Shown piece by piece: positions 1 through 15,000 of a DNA stretch of 64,000 nt. Location of the stretch: contig OZ024740.1 of assembly GCA_964016885.1 (NCBI GenBank), positions 386,198,001 through 386,262,000 on the forward strand. The letters run 5' to 3'. A model generated the notes under the pieces. That model searched no databases, had not been told where the DNA came from, and was given only the letters and a program-made list of their open reading frames with translations. The DNA is from Eledone cirrhosa. Taxonomy: Eukaryota. Numbering within the stretch: the stretch's first letter is position 1; the number at the start of each line of letters is the position of its first letter. A program made the position numbers and the translations under genes.

Positions 1-3000
1 AACCACTGGAGAGAGTAGTACTACATAGACATCTGGATAGAATGGGAGAGGAGGGAACCACTGGAGAGAGTGGTACTATATAGACATCTGGTTAGAATGG
101 CAGTTGAGGGAACCACTGGAGAGAGTGGTACTACATAGACATCTGGTTAGAATGGCAGAGGAGGTAACCACTGGAGAGAGTGGTACTATATATACATCTG
201 GTTAGAATGGCAGTTGAGGGAACCACTGGAGAGAGTGGTACTACAGAGACATCTGGTTAGAATGGGAGAGGAGGGAAGCACTGGAGTGAGTGGTACTATA
301 GAGACATCTGGTTAGAATGACAGAGGAGGGAACCACTGGAGAGATTGGTACTACATAGACATCTAGTTACAATGGCAGAAGAGGGAACCACTGGAGAGAT
401 TGGTACTACATAGACATCTGGTTAGAATGGCAGAGGAGGGAACCATTGGAGAGAGTGGTACTATATAGACATCTGTTTAGAATGGCAGAGGAGGGAACCA
501 CTTGAAAGATTGGTAATATATAGACATCTGGTTAGAATGGGAATGGAGGGGACCACTGGAGAGAGTGGTACTATATATCATCTGGTTAGAATGGCAGAGG
601 AGGGAACCACTGGAGAGAGTGGTACTATATAGACATCTGGTTAGAATGGCAGAGGAGGGACCCATTGGAGAGAGTGGTACTATATAGACATCTGGTTAGA
701 ATGGGAGAGTAGGGAACCACTGCAGAGAGTGGTACTATATAGACATCTGGTTAGAATGGCAGAGGAGGGAAACACTGGAGAGAGTAGTACTACATAGACA
801 TCTGGATAGAATGGGAGAGGAGGGAACCACTGGAGAGAATGGTACTATATAGACATCTGGTTAGAATGGCAGTTGAGGGAACCACTGGAGAGAGTGGTAC
901 TACATAGACATCTGGTTAGAATGGCAGAGGAGGTAACCACTGGAGAGAGTGGTACTATATATACATCTGGTTAGAATGGCAGTTGAGGGAACCACTGGAG
1001 AGAGTGGTACTACACAGACATCTGGTTAGAATGGGAGAGGAGGGAAGCACTGGAGTGAGTGGTACTATAGAGACATCTGGTTAGAATGACAGAGGAGGGA
1101 ACCACTGGAGAGATTGGTACTACATAGACATCTAGTTACAATGGCAGAAGAGGGAACCACTGGAGAGATTGGTACTACATAGACATCTGGTTAGAATGGC
1201 AGAGGAGGGAACCACTGCAGAGAGTGGTACTATATACACATCTGGTTAGAATTGGAGAGGAGGAAACCACTGGAGAGAGTGGTACTATATAGACATCTAG
1301 TTACAATGGCAGAAGAGGGAACCACTGGAGAGAGTAGTACTATATAGACATCTGGTTAGAATGGCAGAGGAGGGACCCACTGGAGAGAGTGGTACTACAT
1401 AGACATCTTGTTAGGATGGGAGAGGAAGGAACCACTGGAGAGAGTGGTACTATATAGACATCTGGTTAGAATGGCAGAGGAACGAACCACTGGAGAGAGT
1501 GGTACTACACAGACATCTGGTTAGGATGGGAGAGGAGGGAACCACTGGAGAGAGTGGTAGTATATAGACATCTGGTTAGAATGGGAGAGGAGGGAACCAC
1601 TGGAGAGAGTGGTACTATATAGACATCTTGTTAGCATGGGAGAGGAGGGAACCACTGGAGAGAGTGGTAGTATATAGATATCTGGTTAGAATGGGAGAGG
1701 AGGGAACCACTTGAGAGAGTGGTACTATATAGACATCTGGTTAGAATGGGAGAGGAGTGAACCACTGGAGAGAGTGATACTACATAGTCATCGGGGTAGA
1801 ATGGCAGAGGAGGCAACCACTTGATAGAGTGGTACTATATAGACATCTGGTTAGAATGGCAGAGGAGGGAACCACTGGAGAGAGTGGTACTATATAGACA
1901 TCTGGTTAGAATGGCACAGGAGGGAAGCACTGGAGAGAGTGGTACTACATAGACATCTGGTTAGAATGGGAGAGGAGGGAACCACTGGAGTGAGTGGTAC
2001 TATATAGACATCTGGTTAGAATGGGAGAACAGGGAACCACTGGAGAGAGTGGTACTACATAGACATCTGGTTAGAATGGCAGAGGAGGGAACCACTGGAG
2101 AGAGTGATACTACACAGACATCTGGTTAGAATGGGAGAGTAGGGAACCGCTGCAGAGAGTGGTACTATATAGACATCTGGTTAGAATGGCAGAGGAGGGA
2201 AACACTGGAGAGAGTAGTACTACATAGACATCTGGATAGAATGGGAGAGGAGGGAACCACTGGAGAGAGTGGTACTATATAGACATCTGGTTAGAATGGC
2301 ACAGGAGGGAACCACTGGAGAGAGTGGTACTACATAGACATCTGGTTAGAATGGAAGAGGAGGTAACCACTGGAGAGAGTGGTACTATATAGACATCTGG
2401 TTAGAATGGCAGTTGAGGGAACCACTGGAGAGAGTGGTACGACACAGACATCTGGTTAGAATGGGAGAGGAGGGAAGCACTGGAGTGAGTGGTACTATAG
2501 AGACATCTGGTTAGAATGACAGAGGAGGGAACCACTGGAGAGATTGGTACTACATAGACATCTAGTTACAATGGCAGAAGAGGGAACCACTGGAGAGATT
2601 GGTACTACATAGTCATCTGGTTAGAATGGCAGAAGAGGGAACCATTGGAGAGAGTGGTACTATATAGACATCTGGTTAGAATGGCAGAGGAGGGAACCAC
2701 TGGAGAGAGTGGTACTACACAGACATCTGGTTAGAATGGGAGAGGAGGGAAGCACTGGAGTAAGTGGTACTATAGAGACATCTGGTTAGAATGACAGAGG
2801 AGGGAACCACTGGAGAGATTGGTACTACATAGACATCTAGTTACAATGGCAGAAGAGGGAACCACTGGAGAGATTGGTACTACATAGACATCTAGTTACA
2901 ATGGCAGAAGAGGGAACCAATGGAGAGATTGGTACTACATAGACATCTGGTTAGAATGGCAGAGGAGGGAACCATTGGAGAGAGTGGTACTATATAGACA

Positions 3001-6000
3001 TCTGGTTAGAATGGCAGAGGAGGGAACCACTGGAGAGAGTGGTACTACACAGACATCTGGTTAGAATGGGAGAGGAGGGAAGCACTGGAGTAAGTGGTAC
3101 TATAGAGACATCTGGTTAGAATGACAGAGGAGGGAACCACTGGAGAGATTGGTACTACATAGACATCTAGTTACAATGGCAGAAGAGGGAACCACTGGAG
3201 AGATTGGTACTACATAGACATCTGGTTAGAATGGCAGAGGAGGGAACCATTGGAGAGAGTGGTACTATATAGACATCTGGTTAGAATGGCAGAGGAGGGA
3301 ACCACTGGAGAGAGTGGTACTACACAGACATCTGGTTAGAATGGGAATGGAGTGGACCACTGGAGAGAGTGGTACTATATATCATCTGGTTAGAATGGCA
3401 GAGGAGGGAACCACTGGAGAGAGTGGTACTACATAGACATCTGGTTAGAATGGGAGAGTAGGGAACCACTGGAGAGAGTGGCACTATATAGACATCTGGT
3501 TAGAATGGCAGAGGAGGGAAACACTGGAGAGAGTAGTACTACATAGACATCTGGATAGAATGGGAGAGGAGGGAACCACTGGAGAGAGTGGTACTATATA
3601 GACATCTGGTTAGAATGGCAGTTGAGGGAACCACTGGAGAGAGTGGTACTACATAGACATCTGGTTAGAATGGCAGAGGAGTTAACCACTGGAGAGAGTG
3701 GTACTATATAGATATCTGGTTAGAATGGCAGTTGAGGGAACCACTGGAGAGAGTGGTACTACACAGACATCTGGTTAGAATGGCAGAGGAGGGAACCACT
3801 GGAGGTAGTGGTACTACATAGACATCGGGTTAGAATGGGAGAGCAGGGAACCACTGGAGAGAGTGGTACTATATAAACATCTGGTTAGAATGGCAGAGGA
3901 GGGAACCACTTGATACAGTGGTACTACATAGACATCTGGTTAGAATGGGAGAGGAGGGAACCACTGGAGAGAGTGGTACTATATAGACATCTGGTTAGAA
4001 TGGCACAGGAGGGAAGCACTGGAGAGAGTGGTACTATATAGACATCTGGTTAGAATGGGAGAACAGGGAACCACTGGAGAGAGTGGTACTACATAGACAT
4101 CTGGTTAGAATGGCAGAGGAGGGAACCACTGGAGAGAGTGATACTACACAGACATCTGGTTAGAATGGGAGAGTAGGGAACCGCTGCTGAGAGTGGTACT
4201 ATATAGACATCTGGTTAGAATGGCAGAGGAGGGAACCACTGGAGAGAGTAGTACTACATAGACATCTGGATAGAATGGGAGAGGAGGGAACCACTGGAGA
4301 GAGTGGTACTATATAGACATCTGGTTAGAATGGCAGTTGAGGGAACCACTGGAGAGAGTGGTACTACATAGACATCTGGTTAGAATGGCAGAGGAGGTAA
4401 CCACTGGAGAGAGTGGTACTATATAGACATCTGGTTAGAATGGCAGAGGAGGGAAGCACTGGAGTGAGTGGTACTATAGAGACATCTGGTTAGAATGGCA
4501 GAGGAGGGAACCATTGGAGAGAGTGGTACTATATAGACATCTGTTTAGAATGGCAGAGGGGGGAACCACTTGAAAGATTGGTAATATATAGACATCTGGT
4601 TAGAATGGGAATGGAGGGGACCACTGGAGAGAGTGGTACTATATATCATCTGGTTAGAATGGCAGAGGAGGGAACCACTGGAGAGAGTGGTACTATATAG
4701 ACATCTGGTTAGAATGGGAGAGTAGGGAACCACTGGAGAGAGTGGTACTATATAAACATCTGGTTAGAATGGCAGAGGAGGGACCCATTGGATAGAGTGG
4801 TACTATATAGACATCTGGTTAGAATGGGAGAGTAGGGAACCACTGGAGAGAGTGGTACTATATAGACATCTGGTTAGAATGGCAGAGGAGGGAAACACTG
4901 GAGAGAGTAGTACTACATAGACATCTGGATAGAATGGGAGAGGAGGGAACCACTGGAGAGAGTGGTACTATATAGACATCTAGTTACAATGGCAGAGGAG
5001 GGAACCACTGGAGAGATTGGTACTACATAGACATCTGGTTAGAATGGCAGAGGTGGGAACCATTGGAGAGAGTGGTACTATATAGACATGTGGTTAGAAT
5101 GGCAGAGGAGGGAACCACTGGAGAGAGTGGTACTACATAGACATCTGGTTAGAATGGGAGAGGAGTGAACCACTTGAGAGAGTGGTACTATATAGACATC
5201 TGGTTAGAATAGCAGTTGAGGGAACCACTGGAGAGAGTGGTACTACACAGACATCTGGTTAGAATGGGAGAGGAGGGAAGCACTGGAGTGAGTGGTACTA
5301 TAGAGACATCTGGTTAGAATGACAGAGGAGGGAACCACTGGAGAGATTGGTACTACATAGACATCTAGTTACAATGGCAGAAGAGGGAACCACTGGAGAG
5401 ATTGGTACTACATAGACATCTGGTTAGAATGGCAGAGGGGGGAACCACTGCAGAGAGTGGTACTATATACACATCTGGTTAGAATTGGAGAGGAGGAAAC
5501 CACTGGAGAGAGTGGTACTATATAGACATCTGGTTAGGATGGGAGAGGAGGGAACCACTGGAGAGAGTAGTACTACATAGACATCTGGTTAGAATGGTAG
5601 AAGAGGGAACCACTGGAGAGAGTAGTACTATATAGACATCTGGTTAGAATGGCAGAGGAGGGACCCACTGGAGAGAGTGGTACTATATAGACATCTGGTT
5701 AGGATGGGAGAGGAGGGAACCACTGGAGAGAGTGGTACTATATAGACATCTGGTTAGAATGGGAGAGGAGGGAACCACTGGAGAGAGTGGTAGTATATAG
5801 ACATCTGGTTAGAATGGGAGAGGAGTGAACCACTGGAGAGAGTGATACTACATAGACATCTGGTTAGAATGGGAGAGGAGGGAACCACTGGAGAGAGTGG
5901 TACTATATAGACATCTTGTTAGCATGGGAGAGTAGGGATCCACTGGAGAGAGAGGTACTATATAGACATCTGGTTAGAATGGGAGAGGAGGGAACCACTG

Positions 6001-9000
6001 GAGAGAGTGATACTACATAGACATCTGGTTAGAATGGGAGAGGAGGGAACCACTGGAGAGAGTGGTACTATATAAACATCTGGTTAGAATGGGAAAGGAG
6101 GGAACCACTGGAGAGAGTGGTACTATATAGACATCTGGTTAGAATGGGAGAGGAGGGAACCACTGGAGAGAGTGGTACTATATAGACATCTGGTTAGAAT
6201 GACAGAGGAGGGATCCATTGGAGAGAGTGGTACTATATAGACATCTGGTTAGAATGACAGAGGAGGGATCCATTGGAGAGAGTGGTACTATATAAACATC
6301 TGGTTAGAATGGGAGAGGAAGGAACCACTGGAGAGATTGGTACTACATAGACATCTAGTTACAATGACAGAGGAGGGAACCACTGGAGAGAGTGGTACTA
6401 CATAGACATCGGGTTAGAATGGCAGAGGAGGGAACCACTTGAAAGATTGGTAATATATAGACATCTGGTTAGAATGGGAATGGAGGGGACCACTGGAGAG
6501 AGTGGTACAATATATCATCTGGTTAGAATGGCAGAGGAGGGAACCACTGGAGAGAGTGGTACTATATAGACATCTGGTTAGAATGGGAGAGTAGGGAACC
6601 ACTGGAGAGAGTGGTACTATATAAACATCTGGTTAGAATGGCAGAGGAGGGACCCATTGGAGAGAGTGGTACTATATAGACATCTGGTTAGAATGGGAGA
6701 GTAGGGAACCACTGGAGAGAGTGGTACTATATAGACATCTGGTTAGAATGGCAGAGGAGGGAACCACTGGAGAGAGTGGTACTACACAGACATCTGGTTA
6801 GAATGGGAGAGGAGGGAACTACTGGAGAGAGTGGTACTATATAAACATCTGGTTAGAATGGCAGAGGAGGGAACCACTTGATAGAGTGGTACTACATAGA
6901 CATCTGGTTAGAATGGGAGTGGAGGGAACCATTGGAGAGAGTGGTACTATATAGACATCTGGTTAGAATGGCACAGGAGGGAAGCACTGGAGAGAGTGGT
7001 ACTATATAGACATCTGGTTAGAATGGGAGAACAGGGAACCACTGGAGAGAGTGGTACTACATAGACATCTGGTTAGAATGGCAGAGGAGGGAACCACTGG
7101 AGAGAGTGATACTACACAGACATCTGGTTAGAATGGGAGAGTAGGGAACCGCTGCAGAGAGTGGTACTATATAGACATCTGGTTAGAATGGCAGAGGAGG
7201 GAAACACTGGAGAGAGTAGTACTACATAGACATCTGGATAGAATGGGAGAGGAGGGAACCACTGGAGAGAGTGGTACTATATAGACATCTGGTTAGAATG
7301 GCAGTTGAGGGAACCACTGGAGAGAGTGGTACTACATAGACATCTGGTTAGAATGGCAGAGGAGGTAACCACTGGAGAGAGTGGTACTATATAGACATCT
7401 GGTTAGAATGGCAGTTGTGGGAACCACTGGAGAGATTGGTACTACATAGACATCTAGTTACAATGGCAGAAGAGGGAACCACTGGAGAGATTGGTACTAC
7501 ATAGACATCTGGTTAGAATGGCAGAGGAGGGAACCATTGGAGAGAGTGGTACTATATAGACATCTGGTTAGAATGGCAGAGGAGGGAACCACTGGAGAGA
7601 GTGGTACTACACAGACATCTGGTTAGAATGGGAGAGGAGGGAAGCACTGGAGTGAGTGGTACTATAGAGACATCTGGTTAGAATGACAGAGGAGGGAACC
7701 ACTGGAGAGATTGGTACTACATAGACATCTGGTTACAATGGCAGAAGAGGGAACCACTGGAGAGAGTGGTACTATATAGACATCTGGTTAGAATGGGAGA
7801 GTAGGGAACCACTGGAGAGAGTGGTACTATATAAACATCTGGTTAGAATGGCAGAGGAGGGACCCATTGGAGAGAGTGGTACTATATAGACATCTGGTTA
7901 GAATGGGAGAGTAGGGAACCACTGGAGGGAGTGGCACTATATAGACATCTGGTTAGAATGGCAGAGGAGGGAAACACTGGAGTGAGTAGTACTACATAGA
8001 CATCTGGATAGAATGGGAGAGGAGGGAACCACTGGAGAGAGTGGTACTATATAGACATCTGGTTAGAATGGCAGTTAAGGGAACCACTGGAGAGAGTGGT
8101 ACTACACAGACATCTGGTTAGAATGGCAGAGGAGGTAACCACTGGAGAGAGTGGTACTATATAGACATCTGGTTAGAATGGCAGAGGAGGGAACCACTGG
8201 AGAGACTGGTACTACACAGACATCTGGTTAGAATGGGAGAGGAGGGAAGCACTGGAGTGAGTGGTACTATAGAGACATCTGGTTAGAATGGCAGAGGAGG
8301 GAACCATTGGAGAGAGTGGTACTATATAGACATCTGTTTAGAATGGCAGAGGAGGGAACCACTTGAAAGATTGGTAATATATAGACATCTGGTTAGAATG
8401 GGAATGGAGGGGACCACTGGAGAGAGTGGTACTATATATCATCTGGTTAGAATGGCAGAGGAGGGAACCACTGGAGAGAGTGGTACTATATAGACATCTG
8501 GTTAGAATGGGAGAGTAGGGAACCACTGGAGAGAGTGGTACTATATAAACATCTGGTTAGAATGGCAGAGGAGGGACCCATTGGATAGAGTGGTACTATA
8601 TAGACATCTGGTTAGAATGGGAGAGTAGGGAACCACTGGAGAGAGTGGTACTATATAGACATCTGGTTAGAATGGCAGAGGAGGGAAACACTGGAGAGAG
8701 TAGTACTACATAGACATCTGGATAGAATGGGAGAGGAGGGAACCACTGGAGAGAGTGGTACTACATAGACATCTAGTTACAATGGCAGAGGAGGGAACCA
8801 CTGGAGAGATTGGTACTACATAGACATCTGGTTAGAATGGCAAAGGAGGGAACCATTGGAGAGAGTGGTACTATATAGACATGTGGTTAGAATGGCAGAG
8901 GAGGGAACCACTGGAGAGAGTGGTACTACATAGACATCTGGTTAGAATGGGAGAGGAGGGAACCACTTGAGAGAGTGGTACTATATAGACATCTGGTTAG

Positions 9001-12000
9001 AATGGCAGTTGAGGGAACCACTGGAGAGAGTGGTACTATATATACATCTGGTTAGAATGGGAGAGGAGGGAAGCACTGGAGTGAGCGGTACTATAGAGAC
9101 ATCTGGTTAGAATGACAGAGGAGGGGACCACTGGAGAGATTGGTACTACATAGACATCTAGTTACAATGGCAGAAGAGGGAACCACTGGAGAGATTGGTA
9201 CTACATAGACATCTGGTTAGAATGGCGGAGGAGGGAACCACTGCAGAGAGTGGTACTATATACACATCTGGTTAGAATTGGAGAGGAGGAAACCACTGGA
9301 GAGAGTGGTACTATATAGACATCTGGTTAGGATGGGAGAGGAGGGAACCACTGGAGAGAGTAGTACTACATAGACATCTTGTTAGCATGGGAGAGGAGGG
9401 AACCACTGGAGAGAGTAGTACTATATAGACATCTTGTTAGAATGGGAGAGGAGGGAACCACTTGAGAGAGTGGTACTATATAGACATCTGGTTAGAATGG
9501 GAGAGGAGTGAACCACTGGAGAGAGTGATACTACATAGTCATCGGGTTAGAATGGCAGAGGAGGCAACCACTTGATAGAGTGGTACTATATAGACATCTG
9601 GTTAGAATGGCAGAGGAGGGAACCACTGGAGAGAGTGGTACTATATAGACATCTGGTTAGAATGGCACAGGAGGGAAGCACCGGAGAGAGTGGTACTACA
9701 TAGACATCTGGTTAGAATGGGAGAGGAGGGAACCACTGGAGTGAGTGGTACTATATAGACATCTGGTTAGAATGGGAGAACAGGGAACCACTGGAGAGAG
9801 TGGTACTACATAGACATCTGGTTAGAATGGCAGAGGAGGGAACCCTGGAGAGAGTGATACTACACAGACATCTGGTTAGAATGGGAGAGTAGGGAACCGC
9901 TGCAGAGAGTGGTACTATATAGACATCTGGTTAGAATGGCAGAGGAGGGAAACACTGGAGAGAGTAGTACTACATAGACATCTGGATAGAATGGAAGAGG
10001 AGGGAACCACTGGAGAGAGTGGTACTATATAGACATCTGGTTAGAATGGCACAGGAGGGAACCACTGGAGAGAGTGGTACTACATAGACATCTGGTTAGA
10101 ATGGAAGAGGAGGTAACCACTGGAGAGAATGGTACTATATAGACATCTGGTTAGAATGGCAGTTGAGGGAACCACTGGAGAGAGTGGTACTACACAGACA
10201 TCTGGTTAGAATGGGAGAGGAGGGAAGCACTGGAGTGAGTGGTACTATAGAGACATCTGGTTAGAATGACAGAGGAGGGAACCACTGGAGAGATTGGTAC
10301 TACATAGACATCTAGTTACAATGGCAGAAGAGGGAACCACTGGAGAGATTGGTACTACATAGACATCTGGTTAGAATGGCAGAGGAGGGAACCATTGGAG
10401 AGAGTGGTACTATATAGACATCTGGTTAGAATGGCAGAGGAGGGAACCACTGGAGAGAGTGGTACTACACAGACATCTGGTTAGAATGGGAGAGGAGGGA
10501 AGCACTGGAGTAAGTGGTACTATAGAGACATCTGGTTAGAATGACAGAGGAGGGAACCACTGGAGAGATTGGTACTACATAGACATCTAGTTACAATGGC
10601 AGAAGAGGGAACCACTGGAGAGATTGGTACTACATAGACATCTGGTTAGAATGGCAGAGGAGGGAACCATTGGAGAGAGTGGTACTATATAGACATCTGT
10701 TTAGAATGGCAGAGGAGGGAACCACTTGAAAGATTGGTAATATATAGACATCTGGTTAGAATGGGAATGGAGTGGACCACTGGAGAGAGTGGTACTATAT
10801 ATCATCTGGTTAGAATGGCAGAGGAGGGAACCACTGGAGAGAGTGGTACTACATAGACATCTGGTTAGAATGGGAGAGTAGGGAACCACTGGAGAGAGTG
10901 GCACTATATAGACATCTGGTTAGAATGGCAGAGGAGGGAAACACTGGAGAGAGTAGTACTACATAGACATCTGGATAGAATGGGAGAGGAGGGAACCACT
11001 GGAGAGAGTGGTACTATATAGACATCTGGTTAGAATGGCAGTTGAGGGAACCACTGGAGAGAGTGGTACTACATAGACATCTGGTTAGAATGGCAGAGGA
11101 GTTAACCACTGGAGAGAGTGGTACTATATAGACATCTGGTTAGAATGGCAGTTGAGGGAACCACTGGAGAGAGTGGTACTACACAGACATCTGGTTAGAA
11201 TGGCAGAGGAGGGAACCACTGGAGGTAGTGGTACTACATAGACATCGGGTTAGAATGGGAGAGCAGGGAACCACTGGAGAGAGTGGTACTATATAAACAT
11301 CTGGTTAGAATGGCAGAGGAGGGAACCACTTGATAGAGTGGTACTACATAGACATCTGGTTAGAATGGGAGAGGAGGGAACCACTGGAGAGAGTGGTACT
11401 ATATAGACATCTGGTTAGAATGGCACAGGAGGGAAGCACTGGAGAGAGTGGTACTATATAGACATCTGGTTAGAATGGGAGAACAGGGAACCACTGGAGA
11501 GAGTGGTACTACATAGACATCTGGTTAGAATGGCAGAGGAGGGAACCACTGGAGAGAGTGATACTACACAGACATCTGGTTAGAATGGGGGAGTAGGGAA
11601 CCGCTGCTGAGAGTGGTACTGTATAGACATCTGGTTAGAATGGCAGAGGAGGGAACCACTGGAGAGAGTAGTACTACATAGACATCTGGATAGAATGGGA
11701 GAGGAGGGAACCACTGGAGAGAGTGGTACTATATAGACATCTGGTTAGAATGGCAGTTGAGGGAACCACTGGAGAGAGTGGTACTACATAGACATCTGGT
11801 TAGAATGGCAGAGGAGGTAACCACTGGAGAGAGTGGTACTATATAGACATCTGGTTAGAATGGCAGTTGAGGGAACCACTGGAGAGAGTGGTACTACATA
11901 GACATCTGGTTAGAATGGCAGAGGAGGTAACCACTGGAGAGAGTGGTACTATATAGACATCTGGTTAGAATGGCAGAGGAGGGAACCACTGGAGAGACTG

Positions 12001-15000
12001 GTACTACACAGACATCTGGTTAGAATGGGAGAGGAGGGAAGCACTGGAGTGAGTGGTACTATAGAGACATCTGGTTAGAATGGCAGAGGAGGGAACCATT
12101 GGAGAGAGTGGTACTATATAGACATCTGTTTAGAATGGCAGAGGAGGGAACCACTTGAAAGATTGGTAATATATAGACATCTGGTTAGAATGGGAATGGA
12201 GGGGACCACTGGAGAGAGTGGTACTATATATCAACTGGTTAGAATGGCAGAGGAGGGAACCACTGGAGAGAGTGGTACTATATAGACATCTGGTTAGAAT
12301 GGGAGAGTAGGGAACCACTGGAGAGAGTGGTATTATATAAACATCTGGTTAGAATGGCAGAGGAGGGACCCATTGGATAGAGTGGTACTATATAGACATC
12401 TGGTTAGAATGGGAGAGTAGGGAACCACTGGAGAGAGTGGTACTATATAGACATCTGGTTAGAATGGCAGAGGAGGGAAACACTGGAGAGAGTAGTACTA
12501 CATAGACATCTGGATAGAATGGGAGAGGAGGGAACCACTGGAGAGAGTGGTACTACATAGACATCTAGTTACAATGGCAGAGGAGGGAACCACTGGAGAG
12601 ATTGGTACTACATAGACATCTGGTTAGAATGGCAGAGGAGGGAACCATTGGAGAGAGTGGTACTATATAGACATGTGGTTAGAATGGCAGAGGAGGGACC
12701 CACTGGAGAGAGTGGTACTATATAGACATCTGGTTAGGATGGGAGAGGAGGGAACCACTGGAGAGAGTGGTACTATATAGACATCTGGTTAGAATGGGAG
12801 AGGAGGGAACCACTGGTGAGAGTGGTAGTAGATAGACATCTGGTTAGAATGGGAGAGGAGTGAACCACTGGAGAGAGTGATACTACATAGACATCTGGTT
12901 AGAATGGGAGAGGAGGGAACCACTGGAGAGAGTGGTACTATATAGACATCTTGTTAGCATGGGAGAGTAGGGAACCACTGGAGAGAGAGGTACTATATAG
13001 ACATCTGGTTAGAATGGGAGAGGAGGGAACCACTGGAGAGAGTGATACTACATAGACATCTGGTTAGAATGGGAGAGGAGGGAACCACTGGAGAGAGTGG
13101 TACTATATAGACATCTGGTTAGAATGGGAGAGGAGGGAACCACTGGAGAGAGTGGTACTATATAGACATCTGGTTAGAATGACAGAGGAGGGATCCATTG
13201 GAGAGAGTGGTACTATATAGACATCTGGTTAGAATGACAGAGGAGGGATCCATTGGAGAGAGTGGTACTATATAAACATCTGGTTAGAATGGGAGAGGAG
13301 GGAACCACTGGAGAGATTGGTACTACATAGACATCTAGTTACAATGACAGAGGAGGGAACCACTGGAGAGAGTGGTACTACATAGACATCGGGTTAGAAT
13401 GGCAGAGGAGGGAACCACTTGAAAGATTGGTAATATATAGACATCTGGTTAGAATGGGAATGGAGGGGACCACTGGAGAGAGTGGTACAATATATCATCT
13501 GGTTAGAATGGCAGAGGAGGGAACCACTGGAGAGAGTGGTACTATATAGACATCTGGTTAGAATGGGAGAGTAGGGAACCACTGGAGAGAGTGGTACTAT
13601 ATAAACATCTGGTTAGAATGGCAGAGGAGGGACCCATTGGAGAGAGTGGTACTATATAGACATCTGGTTAGAATGGGAGAGTAGGGAACGACTGGAGAGA
13701 GTGGTACTATATAGACATCTGGTTAGAATGGCAGAGGAGGGAACCACTGGAGAGAGTGGTACTACACAGACATCTGGTTAGAATGGGAGAGGAGGGAACT
13801 ACTGGAGAGAGTGGTACTATATAAACATCTGGTTAGAATGGCAGAGGAGGGAACCACTTGATAGAGTGGTACTACATAGACATCTGGTTAGAATGGGAGT
13901 GGAGGGAACCACTGGAGAGAGTGGTACTATATAGACATCTGGTTAGAATGGCACAGGAGGGAAGCACTGGAGAGAGTGGTACTATATAGACATCTGGTTA
14001 GAATGGGAGAACAGGGAACCACTGGAGAGAGTGGTACTACATAGACATCTGGTTAGAATGGCAGAGGAGGGAACCACTGGAGAGAGTGATACTACACAGA
14101 CATCTGGTTAGAATGGGAGAGTAGGGAACCGCTGCAGAGAGTGGTACTATATAGACATCTGGTTAGAATGGCAGTTGAGGGAACCACTGGAGAGAGTGGT
14201 ACTACATAGACATCTGGTTAGAATGGCAGAGGAGGTAACCACTGGAGAGAGTGGTACTATATAGACATCTGGTTAGAATGGCAGTTGTGGGAACCACTGG
14301 AGAGATTGGTACTACATAGACATCTAGTTACAATGGCAGAAGAGGCAACCACTGGAGAGAGTGGTACTATATAGACATCTGGTTAGAATGGGAGAGTAGG
14401 GAACCACTGGAGAGAGTGGTACTATATAAACATCTGGTTAGAATGGCAGAGGAGGGACCCATTGGAGAGAGTGGTACTATATAGACATCTGGTTAGAATG
14501 GGAGAGTAGGGAACCACTGGAGGGAGTGGCACTATATAGACATCTGGTTAGAATGGCAGAGGAGGGAAACACTGGAGAGAGTAGTACTACATAGACATCT
14601 GGATAGAATGGGAGAGGAGGGAACCACTGGAGAGAGTGGTACTATATAGACATCTGGTTAGAATGGCAGTTGAGGGAACCACTGGAGAGAGTGGTACTAC
14701 ACAGACATCTGGTTAGAATGGCAGAGGAGGGAACCATTGGAGAGAGTGGTACTATATAGACATCTGGTTAGAATGGCAGAGGAGGGAACCACTGGAGAGA
14801 GTGGTACTACACAGACATCTGGTTAGAATGGGAGAGGAGGGAAGCACTGGAGTGAGTGGTACTATAGAGACATCTGGTTAGAATGACAGAGGAGGGAACC
14901 ACTGGAGAGATTGGTACTACATAGACAACTAGTTACAATGGCAGAAGAGGGAACCACTGGAGAGATTGGTACTACATAGACATCTGGTTAGAATGGCAGA